Shown piece after piece: positions 1 to 11,310 of a stretch of DNA of 64,000 bases. Each line of letters opens with the position of its first letter. Within the stretch, counting starts at the first letter, position 1. The position numbers and the translations under genes are program-made. Location of the stretch: NCBI RefSeq assembly GCF_055900595.2, contig NZ_CM148325.1; one strand, given 5' to 3'. The notes below the pieces were generated by a model. The model had not been told where the DNA came from, did not search any database, and saw nothing but the letters and a program-made list of their open reading frames with translations.

Positions 1-1
1 C

Positions 2-1291
2 GTACTGCTGCCGGACGAACTGCCGCTGGAAGAAAAAGCAGTGACACAACTGCTTGATTTTGCAGATGTGAAGCTACCAGACCACCCAGGTTATGTGCGC
101 CAGACGTGCGCGACGCCAGATTTTCATCCCGGCAATGGCGTCCCCGTTGGCGCGGTGGTGGCCTCAACGCCGGATTTAGTCATTCCCGCCGCCATCGGCA
201 CCGATATTTCTTGTGGCATGCGGCTGCTGACGACCGGATTAACACTTGAGCAAGCCGAAGCGCATAAAGACGTCATCGCTCAGCGGTTAACGCAAGTGCT
301 ACTGCAAAATGAGCGCGATGTTCCGTTATCCGCACAGGCGTTCACCGCGCTTTTTGATGGCGGACCGGCAGATTGCATGTCGGCCTTGCCATCAGCAGGT
401 CTCTGGACACGTACAAATATCCCCCGGATGACGCAAGAGATTGACCGCTGCATTGGGCTTAAAGAGCATAACAGTCATTCGCGTTATGCCCCACCCGCCC
501 TGCTGGCAACGGACCGCGCATTACTCCGCGATCCTTGTCTTGGTACGCCGGGTTCAGGTAATCATTTTATTGAACTTCAGGTCGTTGATAACGTGGTTGA
601 TCGCCATGTGGCCTGGCAACAAGGGCTGAAAACAGGCGATATTGTGGTGATGATCCACAGTGGATCACGAGATGTTGGCTTTTACGTCGGAAGACGCTGG
701 ATGGATCGCGCCCGTGCTGAATGGCCCACCGGACATAAACATCCACAAAGCGGGTTATATGGTCTGGCAGGCGGACTGGCGGAGGAATATCTACAAGCGA
801 TAGGAATGGCGGCGCGTTACGCGTGGTTAAATCGCGTGACAATTGCCGAAATGGTGCGCGTATGTCTTGCCAATCTCTTTCATCAGGACAATTCGCATCT
901 GGTGGTGGATGTGCCACATAACATCATCCTTCGCGAGCATGAAATGAATATTCATCGCAAAGGCGCAACACCGGCACGAGTGGGCAATCTGGCGTTAATC
1001 CCCGGTTCAATGGGCGATTATTCGTGGCTTGCGGTTGGTTGCGGCAACCCGGAGTGGCTGTGGTCATGCAGTCACGGAGCAGGACGCAGCCAGCGTCGGC
1101 AGGCCATGCGCTCACGCGCGACTGAAGAGTCAACGCTGCCGTGGCAATGCGTCACATTGCGCGAAGAACGACGTCTTGAAGAAGCGCCAGCGGCTTATAA
1201 AGATATTGGTCCGGTTATCGAAGCTCAACAAGAAGCCGGATTAATTCAGCCAGCGGTCAGATTTCGACCGTGGTTAACGTTTAAAGCATAA
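2..1291 (+). CDS. RtcB-family RNA ligase paralog, 5'-truncated by the window edge
   Basis: Reading frame is open from position 2; motifs GSGNHFIE, HSGSRD, PGSMGDYS and CSHGAGR match the RtcB catalytic core; alignment to E. coli RtcB begins around residue 40, so the N-terminus lies upstream of the window. Confidence 0.85.
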   Translation, partial: VLLPDELPLEEKAVTQLLDFADVKLPDHPGYVRQTCATPDFHPGNGVPVGAVVASTPDLVIPAAIGTDISCGMRLLTTGLTLEQAEAHKDVIAQRLTQVLLQNERDVPLSAQAFTALFDGGPADCMSALPSAGLWTRTNIPRMTQEIDRCIGLKEHNSHSRYAPPALLATDRALLRDPCLGTPGSGNHFIELQVVDNVVDRHVAWQQGLKTGDIVVMIHSGSRDVGFYVGRRWMDRARAEWPTGHKHPQSGLYGLAGGLAEEYLQAIGMAARYAWLNRVTIAEMVRVCLANLFHQDNSHLVVDVPHNIILREHEMNIHRKGATPARVGNLALIPGSMGDYSWLAVGCGNPEWLWSCSHGAGRSQRRQAMRSRATEESTLPWQCVTLREERRLEEAPAAYKDIGPVIEAQQEAGLIQPAVRFRPWLTFKA

Positions 1292-1313
1292 AAAAGGCCA
1301 TCATACGATGGCC
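1291..1313 (-). terminator. intrinsic terminator of sucD/SdhX
   Basis: Minus-strand hairpin GGCCATC-GUAU-GAUGGCC followed by a U-run (plus-strand A-run 1291-1295). Confidence 0.8.
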
Positions 1314-1388
1314 AACCATGTCGAAACCGACAGCCCTTCGCCATTCCTGTAGAGGGAAGCGGCGAGGGCTATTTCTTATTACAGATAT
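1292..1388 (-). ncRNA. sdhX: SdhX (RybD) sRNA from the sucD 3'UTR
   Basis: Lies between the sucD stop and the terminator, where this 3'UTR-derived sRNA is known to map; not verified by alignment. Confidence 0.5.
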
Positions 1389-2258
1389 TTATTTCAGAAC
1401 AGTTTTCAGTGCTTCACCGATATCCGCCAGGCTGCGAACGGTTTTCACGCCTGCGGCTTCCAGAGCAGCGAATTTCTCATCCGCAGTCCCTTTCCCACCG
1501 GCAATGATGGCACCCGCGTGGCCCATACGTTTGCCTTTCGGCGCAGTTACACCAGCGATGTAACCTACAACTGGCTTGGTAACGTGCTCTTTGATGTACG
1601 CAGCCGCTTCTTCTTCAGCGCTACCGCCGATCTCACCGATCATCACGATCGCTTCGGTCTGCGGATCTTTTTCGAACATTTCGAGGATGTCGATAAAGTT
1701 AGAGCCAGGGATCGGGTCGCCGCCGATACCAACACAGGTCGACTGACCGAAACCGTAATCCGTGGTCTGTTTAACCGCTTCATAGGTCAGTGTACCGGAA
1801 CGGGAAACGATACCCACTTTACCCGGTTTGTGAATGTGACCAGGCTGGATGCCGATTTTACATTCACCCGGAGTGATAACGCCCGGGCAGTTCGGGCCGA
1901 TCATACGAACGCCTGCTTCATCCAGTTTCACTTTCACGGTCAGCATATCCAGCGTCGGGATGCCTTCAGTGATGGTGATAATCAGTTTGATGCCTGCGTC
2001 GATGGCTTCCAGAATGGAGTCTTTGCAGAACGGTGCTGGTACGTAGATAACAGAAGCGGTAGCGCCGGTGGCAGCAACGGCTTCACGCACGGTGTTGAAC
2101 ACCGGCAGACCGAGGTGGGTAGTACCGCCTTTACCAGGGGTTACGCCGCCAACCATTTTAGTGCCGTATGCAATGGCCTGTTCAGAGTGGAAAGTCCCCT
2201 GGCTACCAGTAAAGCCCTGGCAGATAACCTTGGTGTTTTTATCAATTAAAATGGACAT
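1389..2258 (-). CDS. sucD: succinyl-CoA synthetase alpha subunit
   Basis: 289 aa, [27 protein letters not shown]..., CoA-binding and ATP-citrate lyase/succinyl-CoA ligase motifs. Confidence 0.97.
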
Positions 2259-3424
2259 TATTTCCCCTCCACTGCGGCAACAACCTGCTGAGCTGCATCC
2301 GTCAGACCTTTTGCTGCAATAATATTCAGGCCGCTGTCAGCCAGTTTCTTCGCGCCGAGTTCGGCGTTGTTACCTTCCAGACGTACCACGACCGGTACGT
2401 TAACACCCACTTCCGCTACCGCGCCGATAATACCGTCAGCGATCAGGTCGCAACGAACGATACCACCGAAGATGTTAACCAGAACGGCTTTCACTTTGTC
2501 GTCAGAGAGGATGATTTTGAACGCTTCGGTTACACGTTCTTTGGTTGCGCCACCGCCAACGTCCAGGAAGTTAGCTGGTTCGCCGCCGTGCAGTTTAACG
2601 ATGTCCATCGTACCCATCGCCAGACCTGCGCCGTTAACCATACAACCGATGTTACCATCCAGCGCAACGTAGTTCAGTTCCCACTGTGCAGCCTGTGCTT
2701 CACGTGGATCTTCCTGCGACTGGTCACGCATTTCGCGCAGATCAGGCTGGCGGAACAGTGCGTTGCCATCAGCGCCCAGTTTACCGTCGAGGCAGATCAG
2801 ATCGCCCTGTTTGGTAATAACCAACGGGTTAATTTCGATAAGAGCAAGGTCGCGCTCAAGGAAAATGGTCGCCAGACCCATGAAAATTTTGGTGAACTGT
2901 TGAACCAGTTTACCTTCCAGACCCAGTTTGAACGCCAGCTCACGACCCTGATACGGCATCGGGCCAGTCAGCGGATCAAGCGCAACTTTGTGGATCAGGT
3001 GCGGAGTTTCTTCCGCCACTTTTTCGATTTCCACGCCGCCTTCAGTGGAGGCCATAAAGACCACGCGACGGGAACTACGGTCTACAACGGCACCAAGATA
3101 CAGCTCTTTAGCGATATCGGTCGCTGCTTCAACCAGAATCTGGTTAACCGGTTGGCCATTAGCATCTGTTTGATACGTTACCAGACGCTTGCCCAGCCAG
3201 TTTTCTGCAAAAGCACGGATGTCTTCTTTGCTGTTTACAACTTTCACACCGCCCGCTTTACCGCGGCCACCAGCGTGAACCTGACATTTCACTACCCACG
3301 GACCGGCACCGATTTTTGAAGCGGCTTCTTCTGCTTCGCGCGGAGTAGTACAGGCATAACCCACCGGTGCTGGTAAGCCATAGCGGGCAAACAGTTGTTT
3401 TGCCTGATATTCATGTAAGTTCAT
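2258..3424 (-). CDS. sucC: succinyl-CoA synthetase beta subunit
   Basis: 388 aa, [18 protein letters not shown]..., ATP-grasp; stop overlaps sucD start (TAATG). Confidence 0.97.
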
Positions 3425-3510
3425 GTGTTCTGTCCATCCTTCAGTAATCGTTATCTTTTAAACCGTAGACCGAATATTTCGTATCGCTTCCGGGTATTGT
3501 CGGTCACCCG

Positions 3511-3678
3511 TAGGCCTGATAAGACGCGCAAGCGTCGCATCAGGCATCGCTTGTCGGATGCGGCGCGAGCGCCTTATCCGACCTACATTGATGGTCCCCG
3601 TAGGCCTGATAAGACGCGTCAGCGTCGCATCAGGCTTCAATTGCCGGAGAAAGCGATAATGCCTCATCCGGTCTACAG
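3511..3678. repeat. REP/BIME cluster, about four REP palindromes
   Basis: Repeated GTAGGCCTGATAAGACGCG...CGTCGCATCAGGC and GCCGGATGCGGCG...CGCCTTATCCGACCTAC units in the sucB-sucC intergenic region. Confidence 0.8.
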
Positions 3679-3698
3679 TGCAGGTGAAACTTAAACTA

Positions 3699-4916
3699 CT
3701 ACACGTCCAGCAGCAGACGCGTCGGATCTTCCAGCAACTCTTTGATCGTTACCAGGAAGCCCACGGACTCGCGACCATCGATCAGACGGTGATCGTAGGA
3801 CAGCGCCAGGTACATCATCGGCAGGATCTCAACCTGACCATTCACTGCCATCGGACGATCTTTGATAGCGTGCATACCCAGAATTGCGCTCTGCGGCGGG
3901 TTGATGATAGGCGTAGACATCAGGGAACCGAACACACCACCGTTGGTGATGGTAAAGTTACCACCGGTCAGATCTTCAACCGTCAGCTTGCCGTCACGGC
4001 CTTTAACTGCCAGCTCTTTAATTTTCTTCTCGATGTCTGCCATGCCGAGGGTATCGACATCACGCAGAACCGGCGTCACCAGGCCGCGCGGCGTAGATAC
4101 CGCCATGCTGACGTCGAAATAGTTGTGGTAAACCACATCATCGCCGTCGATAGAAGCATTCACTTCCGGGTAACGTTTCAGGGCTTCAACCACCGCTTTC
4201 ACGTAGAAGGACATAAAGCCCAGACGGATGCCGTGACGTTTTTCAAACGCTTCACCATACTGCTTACGCAGATCCATAATCGGCTTCATGTTGACTTCGT
4301 TGAACGTGGTCAGCATGGCGGTGGAGTTTTTCGCTTCCAGCAGACGCTCTGCCACACGCTTACGCAGGCGAGTCATCGGAACACGTTTTTCGCTACGTGC
4401 AGCCAGAGCCGGTTGCGCCGCCGTAGTAGCTGCTGCCGGTGCAGACTCTTTCGCCGGGGCTTTCGCCAGATGTTTTTCCACATCTTCACGGGTCAGACGA
4501 CCACCTACACCGGTGCCTTTAATGGCGCTGGCATCAAGATTGTGTTCAGCCAAAAGGCGACGGATCGCCGGGCTTAAGGCATCGTTGTTTTGCTCTTCCA
4601 GAGACGCCTGTTGGCGTTGTGCCGGAGTTGACGCTTTCTCTTCAGCTTTAGCGCTGGTTTCTTTACCGGCGCTGTTGCCTTCACGCAGGCGACCAAGGAT
4701 CTGACGAGACGTTACGGTTGTACCTTCATCTTCCAGAACCGCATCCAGAATGCCGTCTGCTGATGCCGGTACTTCCAGTACCACTTTGTCAGTTTCGATT
4801 TCTACCAGCACTTCATCACGTACGACTGCGTCGCCGGGTTTTTTATGCCAGGTTGCGACGGTGGCATCGGCTACGGATTCAGGCAGGTCAGGGACCAGAA
4901 TATCTACGCTACTCAT
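3699..4916 (-). CDS. sucB: dihydrolipoyllysine-residue succinyltransferase (2-oxoglutarate dehydrogenase E2)
   Basis: 405 aa, lipoyl domain with [11 protein letters not shown], Ala/Pro linker, catalytic C-terminal domain. Confidence 0.97.
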   Translation of the reverse strand: MSSVDILVPDLPESVADATVATWHKKPGDAVVRDEVLVEIETDKVVLEVPASADGILDAVLEDEGTTVTSRQILGRLREGNSAGKETSAKAEEKASTPAQRQQASLEEQNNDALSPAIRRLLAEHNLDASAIKGTGVGGRLTREDVEKHLAKAPAKESAPAAATTAAQPALAARSEKRVPMTRLRKRVAERLLEAKNSTAMLTTFNEVNMKPIMDLRKQYGEAFEKRHGIRLGFMSFYVKAVVEALKRYPEVNASIDGDDVVYHNYFDVSMAVSTPRGLVTPVLRDVDTLGMADIEKKIKELAVKGRDGKLTVEDLTGGNFTITNGGVFGSLMSTPIINPPQSAILGMHAIKDRPMAVNGQVEILPMMYLALSYDHRLIDGRESVGFLVTIKELLEDPTRLLLDV

Positions 4917-4930
4917 TGTGTATCCTTTAT

Positions 4931-7732
4931 TTATTCGACGTTCAGCGCGTCATTAACCAGATCTTGTTGCTGTTTCTGGTGAACGGACATATACCCTACC
5001 GCCGGAGAGGCGGAGGCCGGGCGGCCTGCATAACGCAGAGAAGCCCCAAACGGAATCACTTCACGGAAATGATGCTGGCTGCAGTACCATGCGCCCTGGT
5101 TGAGCGGCTCTTCCTGGCACCAGACAAAATCCTTGACGTGAGCAAACTGCTGCAACACTTCCTGCATCGCTTTATGCGGGAACGGGTAGAGTTGCTCGAT
5201 ACGCACAATGGCGACATCGTGTTGATTGTTCTTACGGCGTTGTTCCAGCAGGTCGTAATAAACCTTACCAGAACACATCACTACGCGCTTCACACCCTTA
5301 GGATCAAGCTCGTCGATTTCACCAATGGCAGGCAGGAAGGTGCCGTTCGCCAGTTCTTCGAGGCTGGAAACCGCCAGCGGATGACGCAGCAGGGATTTCG
5401 GCGACATCACCACCAGCGGACGACGCATCCCGCGCAGCGCCTGACGACGCAGCATGTGGTAAACCTGTGCCGGGGTAGACGGTACGCACACCTGCATGTT
5501 TTGTTCAGCACAAAGTTGCAGATAACGTTCCAGACGCGCGGAGGAGTGCTCCGGCCCCTGCCCTTCGTAACCGTGCGGCAGCAACATCACCAGGCCACAC
5601 ATCCGACCCCATTTCTGTTCGCCAGAGGAGATGAACTGGTCGATAACCACCTGCGCACCGTTAGCGAAGTCACCAAACTGCGCTTCCCAGATAGTCAGCG
5701 TGCGCGGCTCTGCGGTGGCATAACCGTATTCAAACGCCAGCACTGCTTCTTCAGACAGTACGGAGTCCCAGACGCGGAACGCGCCCTGACCATTATGGAT
5801 ATGTTGCAGCGGCGTGTAAGTAGAACCGTTGGACTGGTTGTGGATCACCGCATGACGATGGAAGAAGGTACCGCGACCGGAGTCTTCACCCGACAGGCGG
5901 ACCGGAATGCCTTCATCAACCAACGTGGCGTAAGCGAGGTTTTCCGCGCCGCCCCAGTCGAACAGTTTCTCACCGGCAGCCATTGCCTGGCGATCGCCAT
6001 AAATCTTGGCAACGCGAGACTGCATTTCAACCGCTTCCGGCACCGTACTGATACGTTTAGCCAGTTCCTGCAGGCGCTTCATCTCAACTTTGTTCGGGTA
6101 CTCTTCGTCCCATTCGTGGTTGAGGTACGGCGACCAGGTGAAAGAGTGCATGTTCATCGGACGCCACTCTGCTACCACGCAATCGCCAGCATCCAGCGCA
6201 TCGCGATACAGGTTAACCATCTCAGTGGCATCTTCCAGCGTCGCGACCTTTTCCTGCTCCAGCTTGTCAGCGTAGATTTTGCGCGGCGTCGGATGTTTTT
6301 TGATTTTCTGATACATCAGCGGCTGAGTTGCACTCGGCTCGTCGGCTTCGTTGTGGCCGTGACGGCGGTAGCACACCAGGTCGATGAAGACATCACGTTT
6401 AAAGGTGTTACGGAAATCGAGCGCCAGACGGGTCACAAAGGCAACGGCTTCCGGATCATCCGCATTAACGTGGAAAATCGGTGCCTGTACCATCTTGCCG
6501 ATATCAGTACAGTACGGCGTAGAACGGGCATCCAGCGGGTTAGAGGTGGTGAAGCCAACCTGGTTGTTGATAACGATACGTACCGTACCGCCAACTTCAT
6601 AACCACGCGCTTTCGACATGTTCAGAGTTTCCTGAACCACGCCCTGCCCGGTCACTGCGGCATCACCGTGGATGGTGATTGGCAGCACTTTGTTGCTGCT
6701 CGGCTCATCGAGTCTGTCCAGACGGGCGCGAACAGAACCGATAACTACCGGGCTTACAATCTCAAGGTGAGACGGGTTAAACGCCAGCGCCAGGTGAACC
6801 AGGCCGCCATCGGTCTGGAAGTCAGACGAGAAGCCCATGTGGTATTTCACGTCGCCCGTGCCGAGGTGTTCTTTATGTTTACCGGCAAATTCGTCGAACA
6901 AGTCTTGCGGTTTTTTACCCAGCACGTTAACCAGCACGTTCAGACGACCACGGTGCGCCATCCCGAGAACCACTTCACGGGTGCCGCTATTGCCAGCATG
7001 GCGGATCATCTCTTTAAGCATCGGGATTAACGCGTCACCGCCTTCCAGCGAGAAGCGTTTTGCGCCAGGGAATTTTGCGCCGAGGTAACGTTCGAGGCCT
7101 TCAGCGGCGGTCAGTTCGCTTAAGAAGCGTTTTTTCTCTTCGCTATTGAAAGTCGCGCGACCAGACTCGATACGCTGTTGGATCCAGCGTTTTTCTTCGG
7201 TGCTGGTAATGTGCATGTACTCGGCACCAATCGGGCCGCAGTAGGTTTGCTTGAGGGCTTCCAGCAGCTCGCCGAGTTTCATGGTTTCTTTGCCGCTGGC
7301 AAATGAACCGACGTTGAAGGTCTCCTGGAAGTCTGCTTCGGTCAGATCGTGGAAAGACGGATCCAGATCGGCCACTTTATCTTGCTGCCACAGTCCCAGC
7401 GGATCGAGATTCGCATGCTGGTGACCGCGGAAGCGGTATGCGTTAATGAGCTGCAGGACTTTAACCTGCTTCACATTGGTGTCAGGGTCGGAGATCGTTG
7501 AAGAGTAACGTGAAGCGTCTTTCGCCAGGCGGCGGAAATATTCACGCGTTTGAGAGTGGAATTGATCCGGTTTGACTCCCGTACCAGGTAACTGCTGGAA
7601 CGTCGAACGCCAGTTAGCGTCAACCGAGTCAGGATCGGTTAAGAAGTCTTCATAGAGCTGTTCTATCCAGCTCTGGTTTGCGCCAGAGAGGTAAGAAGAG
7701 TCCAACCAGGCTTTCAAAGCGCTGTTCTGCAT
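4931..7732 (-). CDS. sucA: 2-oxoglutarate dehydrogenase E1 component
   Basis: 933 aa, [30 protein letters not shown]... Confidence 0.97.
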   Translation of the reverse strand: MQNSALKAWLDSSYLSGANQSWIEQLYEDFLTDPDSVDANWRSTFQQLPGTGVKPDQFHSQTREYFRRLAKDASRYSSTISDPDTNVKQVKVLQLINAYRFRGHQHANLDPLGLWQQDKVADLDPSFHDLTEADFQETFNVGSFASGKETMKLGELLEALKQTYCGPIGAEYMHITSTEEKRWIQQRIESGRATFNSEEKKRFLSELTAAEGLERYLGAKFPGAKRFSLEGGDALIPMLKEMIRHAGNSGTREVVLGMAHRGRLNVLVNVLGKKPQDLFDEFAGKHKEHLGTGDVKYHMGFSSDFQTDGGLVHLALAFNPSHLEIVSPVVIGSVRARLDRLDEPSSNKVLPITIHGDAAVTGQGVVQETLNMSKARGYEVGGTVRIVINNQVGFTTSNPLDARSTPYCTDIGKMVQAPIFHVNADDPEAVAFVTRLALDFRNTFKRDVFIDLVCYRRHGHNEADEPSATQPLMYQKIKKHPTPRKIYADKLEQEKVATLEDATEMVNLYRDALDAGDCVVAEWRPMNMHSFTWSPYLNHEWDEEYPNKVEMKRLQELAKRISTVPEAVEMQSRVAKIYGDRQAMAAGEKLFDWGGAENLAYATLVDEGIPVRLSGEDSGRGTFFHRHAVIHNQSNGSTYTPLQHIHNGQGAFRVWDSVLSEEAVLAFEYGYATAEPRTLTIWEAQFGDFANGAQVVIDQFISSGEQKWGRMCGLVMLLPHGYEGQGPEHSSARLERYLQLCAEQNMQVCVPSTPAQVYHMLRRQALRGMRRPLVVMSPKSLLRHPLAVSSLEELANGTFLPAIGEIDELDPKGVKRVVMCSGKVYYDLLEQRRKNNQHDVAIVRIEQLYPFPHKAMQEVLQQFAHVKDFVWCQEEPLNQGAWYCSQHHFREVIPFGASLRYAGRPASASPAVGYMSVHQKQQQDLVNDALNVE

Positions 7733-7891
7733 CGTGATCCCTTAAGCATCTTTTTTATGCTTACTTCGCCGTGGATACTACCACGCACAGTGATGTGCGT
7801 GCCGGGGTTCACTTGCGAGCTCTTGTCTACGTAGTGGCTCGCGAAGGAACCTTTAAAAACTGTCTTAGTGTCAGGGGCAGTTTTTAAAGAT

Positions 7892-8077
7892 TTCCTGCAT
7901 TTCTTTTGTAGGCCGGATAACGCATTCACGCCGCATCCGGCGCTGTTTGCCTGATGCGACGCTTGCGCGTCTTATCAGGCCTACGATTCCTGCATTTCTT
8001 TTGTAGGCCGGATAACGCATTCACGCCGCATCCGGCACTGTTTGCCTGATGCGACGCTTGCGCGTCTTATCAGGCCT
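7892..8077. repeat. tandem direct duplication of a ~95 bp BIME/REP unit
   Basis: Unit TTCCTGCATTTCTTTTGTAGGCCGGATAACGCATTCACGCCGCATCCGGC(G/A)CTGTTTGCCTGATGCGACGCTTGCGCGTCTTATCAGGCCT occurs twice head to tail with one mismatch. Confidence 0.85.
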
Positions 8078-8081
8078 GGGT

Positions 8082-8798
8082 TTACGCATTACGCTGCAAC
8101 AACATCGACTTGATATGGCCGATGGCGCGCGTCGGGTTCAGCCCCTTCGGACATACACTGACGCAGTTCATGATGCTGTGACAGCGGAATACGCTGAATG
8201 CATCGCTCAAACCGTCGAGGCGGCTGTCAGTCTCGGTATCACGGCTATCGATCAGGAAACGATATGCCGCTAACAAGCCTGCCGGGCCGATAAACTTATC
8301 GGGATTCCACCAGAAAGACGGACAAGAGGTTGAACAACATGCGCAGAGAATACATTCATACAGCCCGTCGAGTTTTTCGCGCTGCTCTGGCATCTGTAAA
8401 TGCTCGCGAGCTGGCGGATTTTGTCCATTATTCAACAGGTAAGGCTTAATTTTCTCATATTGCGCATAGAATTGTCCCATGTCTACCACCAAATCGCGGA
8501 TCACCGGTAAACCTGGCAGCGGGCGAATCACAATCTTCTTGCCCGGCTGGTTGAGTGCCGAAATCGGGGTAATACAGGCCAGACCATTCTTACCGTTCAT
8601 GTTCAGACCGTCGGAACCGCACACACCTTCACGGCAGGAACGACGGAACGACAGGCTGGGATCTTTCTCTTTCAACTGGATAAGCGCATCCAGCAGCATC
8701 ATGTCGCGACCTTCTTCCGCTTCCAGGGTGTAATCCTGCATACGCGGAGCATCATCAACATCCGGGTTATAGCGATAAATTGAAAACTCGAGTCTCAT
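8082..8798 (-). CDS. sdhB: succinate dehydrogenase iron-sulfur subunit
   Basis: 238 aa, MRLEFSIYRYNPDVDD..., Cys clusters for 2Fe-2S, 4Fe-4S and 3Fe-4S. Confidence 0.97.
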   Translation of the reverse strand: MRLEFSIYRYNPDVDDAPRMQDYTLEAEEGRDMMLLDALIQLKEKDPSLSFRRSCREGVCGSDGLNMNGKNGLACITPISALNQPGKKIVIRPLPGLPVIRDLVVDMGQFYAQYEKIKPYLLNNGQNPPAREHLQMPEQREKLDGLYECILCACCSTSCPSFWWNPDKFIGPAGLLAAYRFLIDSRDTETDSRLDGLSDAFSVFRCHSIMNCVSVCPKGLNPTRAIGHIKSMLLQRNA

Positions 8799-8813
8799 TT
8801 TCCTGTCTCCGCA

Positions 8814-10580
8814 TTAGTAAGTACGAATCTTCGGCGGGAATGCCGGGCGCAGTTTCGGTTCCATGTTGACGCTTCGGCGCGTCATGGATTCCGACTCTGG
8901 CAGATACAGGGAGTGGCACAGCCAGTTTTCATCATCACGATCCGGGAAGTCGAAGCGGCTATGCGCGCCACGGCTTTCGGTACGGAAGTTGGCAGAAACA
9001 GCCGTTGCATACGCCGTTTCCATCAGGTTATCCAGTTCCAGGCATTCAACGCGCTGGGTGTTGAACTCGCTGGAAGTGTCATCCAGACGGGCATTTTTCA
9101 AACGCTCACGGATCACTTTCAACTGCTCAAGCCCTTTTGCCATCGCATCACCTTCACGGAAGACCGAGAAGTTATGCTGCATACATTCTTGCAGTGCTTT
9201 ACGAATCGCCACCGGATCTTCACCATTACGGTTGTTGTTCCAGCGATTCAGGCGATCCAGAGACGCTTCAACATCAGACTCGCTGGCATCGCGCAGTGCG
9301 CCCTGCTCGGCAATAGACTCTTGCAGATGCAGGCCCGCTGCGCGACCAAAGACCACCAGGTCCAGCAGCGAGTTACCGCCAAGACGGTTAGCGCCGTGTA
9401 CCGAAACACAAGCGATTTCACCTACCGCGAACAGCCCCGGAACAACCACATCTTCGCCTTTCTCGTTCACCGTCAGCGCCTGACCGGTCACTTTGGTCGG
9501 AATACCGCCCATCATGTAGTGACAGGTTGGGATAACCGGAATCGGCTCTTTCACCGGATCGACGTGTGCGAAGGTACGGGAGAGTTCAAGGATACCCGGC
9601 AGACGGGATTCGAGAACTTCTTTACCCAGGTGGTCGAGTTTCAGTTTTGCATGTGGCCCCCACGGACCATCACAGCCGCGACCTTCACGGATTTCGATCA
9701 TGATGGAACGCGCCACCACGTCACGGCCCGCCAGGTCTTTGGCGTTCGGCGCATAACGCTCCATAAAGCGTTCGCCATGTTTGTTCAGCAGGTAACCGCC
9801 TTCACCACGGCAACCTTCGGTGACCAGTACGCCCGCACCTGCTATACCGGTCGGGTGGAACTGCCACATTTCCATATCCTGCACAGGTACACCTGCACGG
9901 ATAGCCATACCGACGCCGTCGCCGGTGTTAATGTGCGCGTTGGTGGTGGACTGATAAATACGCCCTGCCCCGCCGGTTGCCAGCACAGTCGCACGGGCTT
10001 TGAAGTAAACCACTTCACCGGTTTCGATGCACAGTGCGGTACAACCAACTACCGCGCCATCCTGGTTCTTCACCAGATCCAGCGCATACCACTCGGAGAA
10101 AATGGTGGTGTGGTTTTTCAGGTTCTGCTGATAAAGCGTGTGCAACAGTGCGTGACCGGTACGGTCAGCTGCCGCCGCAGTACGTGCCGCTTGCTCGCCA
10201 CCGAAGTTTTTCGACTGGCCGCCAAACGGACGTTGATAGATACGACCATCATCAAGACGCGAGAACGGTAGCCCCATGTGTTCCAGTTCCAGAATCGCTT
10301 CCGGCCCGGTTTTACACATATATTCAATCGCGTCCTGGTCACCGATATAGTCCGACCCTTTTACGGTGTCGTACATATGCCATTCCCAGTTATCTTCATG
10401 GGTATTACCCAGCGCAACGGTAATGCCGCCTTGCGCAGAAACGGTATGGGAACGGGTCGGGAAGACTTTGGAGAGCAGCGCACAGGTTTGGCCGCTCTGG
10501 GAAATTTGCAGCGCCGCGCGCATACCTGCGCCACCGGCACCAATCACAACTGCATCAAATTCTCTGACTGGCAATTTCAT
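8814..10580 (-). CDS. sdhA: succinate dehydrogenase flavoprotein subunit
   Basis: Start placed at [19 protein letters not shown] (FAD-binding GxGxxG), four codons inside the longest ORF; 588 aa. Confidence 0.96.
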   Translation of the reverse strand: MKLPVREFDAVVIGAGGAGMRAALQISQSGQTCALLSKVFPTRSHTVSAQGGITVALGNTHEDNWEWHMYDTVKGSDYIGDQDAIEYMCKTGPEAILELEHMGLPFSRLDDGRIYQRPFGGQSKNFGGEQAARTAAAADRTGHALLHTLYQQNLKNHTTIFSEWYALDLVKNQDGAVVGCTALCIETGEVVYFKARATVLATGGAGRIYQSTTNAHINTGDGVGMAIRAGVPVQDMEMWQFHPTGIAGAGVLVTEGCRGEGGYLLNKHGERFMERYAPNAKDLAGRDVVARSIMIEIREGRGCDGPWGPHAKLKLDHLGKEVLESRLPGILELSRTFAHVDPVKEPIPVIPTCHYMMGGIPTKVTGQALTVNEKGEDVVVPGLFAVGEIACVSVHGANRLGGNSLLDLVVFGRAAGLHLQESIAEQGALRDASESDVEASLDRLNRWNNNRNGEDPVAIRKALQECMQHNFSVFREGDAMAKGLEQLKVIRERLKNARLDDTSSEFNTQRVECLELDNLMETAYATAVSANFRTESRGAHSRFDFPDRDDENWLCHSLYLPESESMTRRSVNMEPKLRPAFPPKIRTY

Positions 10581-10927
10581 CACACACCCCACACCACAAC
10601 GAATCCATAAATCACGTAAACCACCAGTGCAACGACAATCACCAGTTGCAGCATCAGGCGCAAGGCCAGCGGTTTAACGTAGTCGGTCAACACCTGCCAC
10701 ATGCCGATCCAGGCATGGATCAAGATAGAAAACAGCGCCAGCAGGGTGAACACTTTGGTGAACGCAGAGGCGAAGAAACCAATCCAGACTTCATATGTCA
10801 GCTCGCCACTGGTAGCGAAAAAACCGACCATATAAATGATGTAAAGCGTCAGGACGATAGCGGTAGCGCGAACGAGGATGAAATCATGTACGCCATTGCG
10901 TCCTAATGCGGAGGCGTTGCTTACCAT
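10580..10927 (-). CDS. sdhD: succinate dehydrogenase membrane anchor subunit
   Basis: 115 aa hydrophobic protein; stop overlaps sdhA start (ATGA). Confidence 0.95.
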
Positions 10928-11310
10928 ACGAGGACTCCTGCGAGAAGTGAAAGCACGACAGTAATAACAAAGGAGATTTTGGCGGAGCGTTTACCCGCTT
11001 CGAATGTTTCTTCCAGATAGCCAAAATCCATCATCATGTGGCGAATACCTACGACGACGTGATACGCCAGAGCGGTAAGGATGCCCCACATGATAAATTT
11101 GACGAAGAAGCTGCCCATAATCGCGGAAGCTTGCTCGAAACCTTCAGGGGAAGAGAGGCTGGTACCCAGAAGCCACAGCAGGATGCCCACTGCAACAAAG
11201 GTGATCACACCGGAAACGCGATGGAGAATGGACGCTATCGCCGTGACGGGGAACCGGATGGTCTGTAGGTCCAGATTAACAGGTCTTTGTTTTTTCACAT
11301 TTCTTATCAT
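10921..11310 (-). CDS. sdhC: succinate dehydrogenase cytochrome b556 subunit
   Basis: Start placed at [15 protein letters not shown] (129 aa), five codons inside the longest ORF. Confidence 0.93.

Noticed and set aside
41-1291. GTG at position 41 as the true start of the RtcB-like gene
   Set aside because: The frame is open back to the window edge and alignment to RtcB indicates about 40 N-terminal residues are missing, so the gene is treated as 5'-partial.
3425-3694. ORFs of 89 and 69 aa inside the sucB-sucC intergenic region
   Set aside because: Translations of REP palindromes (repeated RRIRxxL peptide motifs); not genes.
4718-7030. 770-aa plus-strand ORF
   Set aside because: Lies entirely antisense to sucA, whose product is unmistakable; a long shadow ORF of the kind that arises opposite GC-rich, codon-biased genes. 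No RBS or recognisable domain.
3511-8077. Possible CRISPR arrays at the repeat clusters
   Set aside because: The repeats are imperfect palindromic REP/BIME units with irregular spacing and no unique spacers of uniform length, and there are no cas genes in the window.
8913-10271. 452-aa plus-strand ORF
   Set aside because: Antisense to sdhA; same shadow-ORF reasoning.
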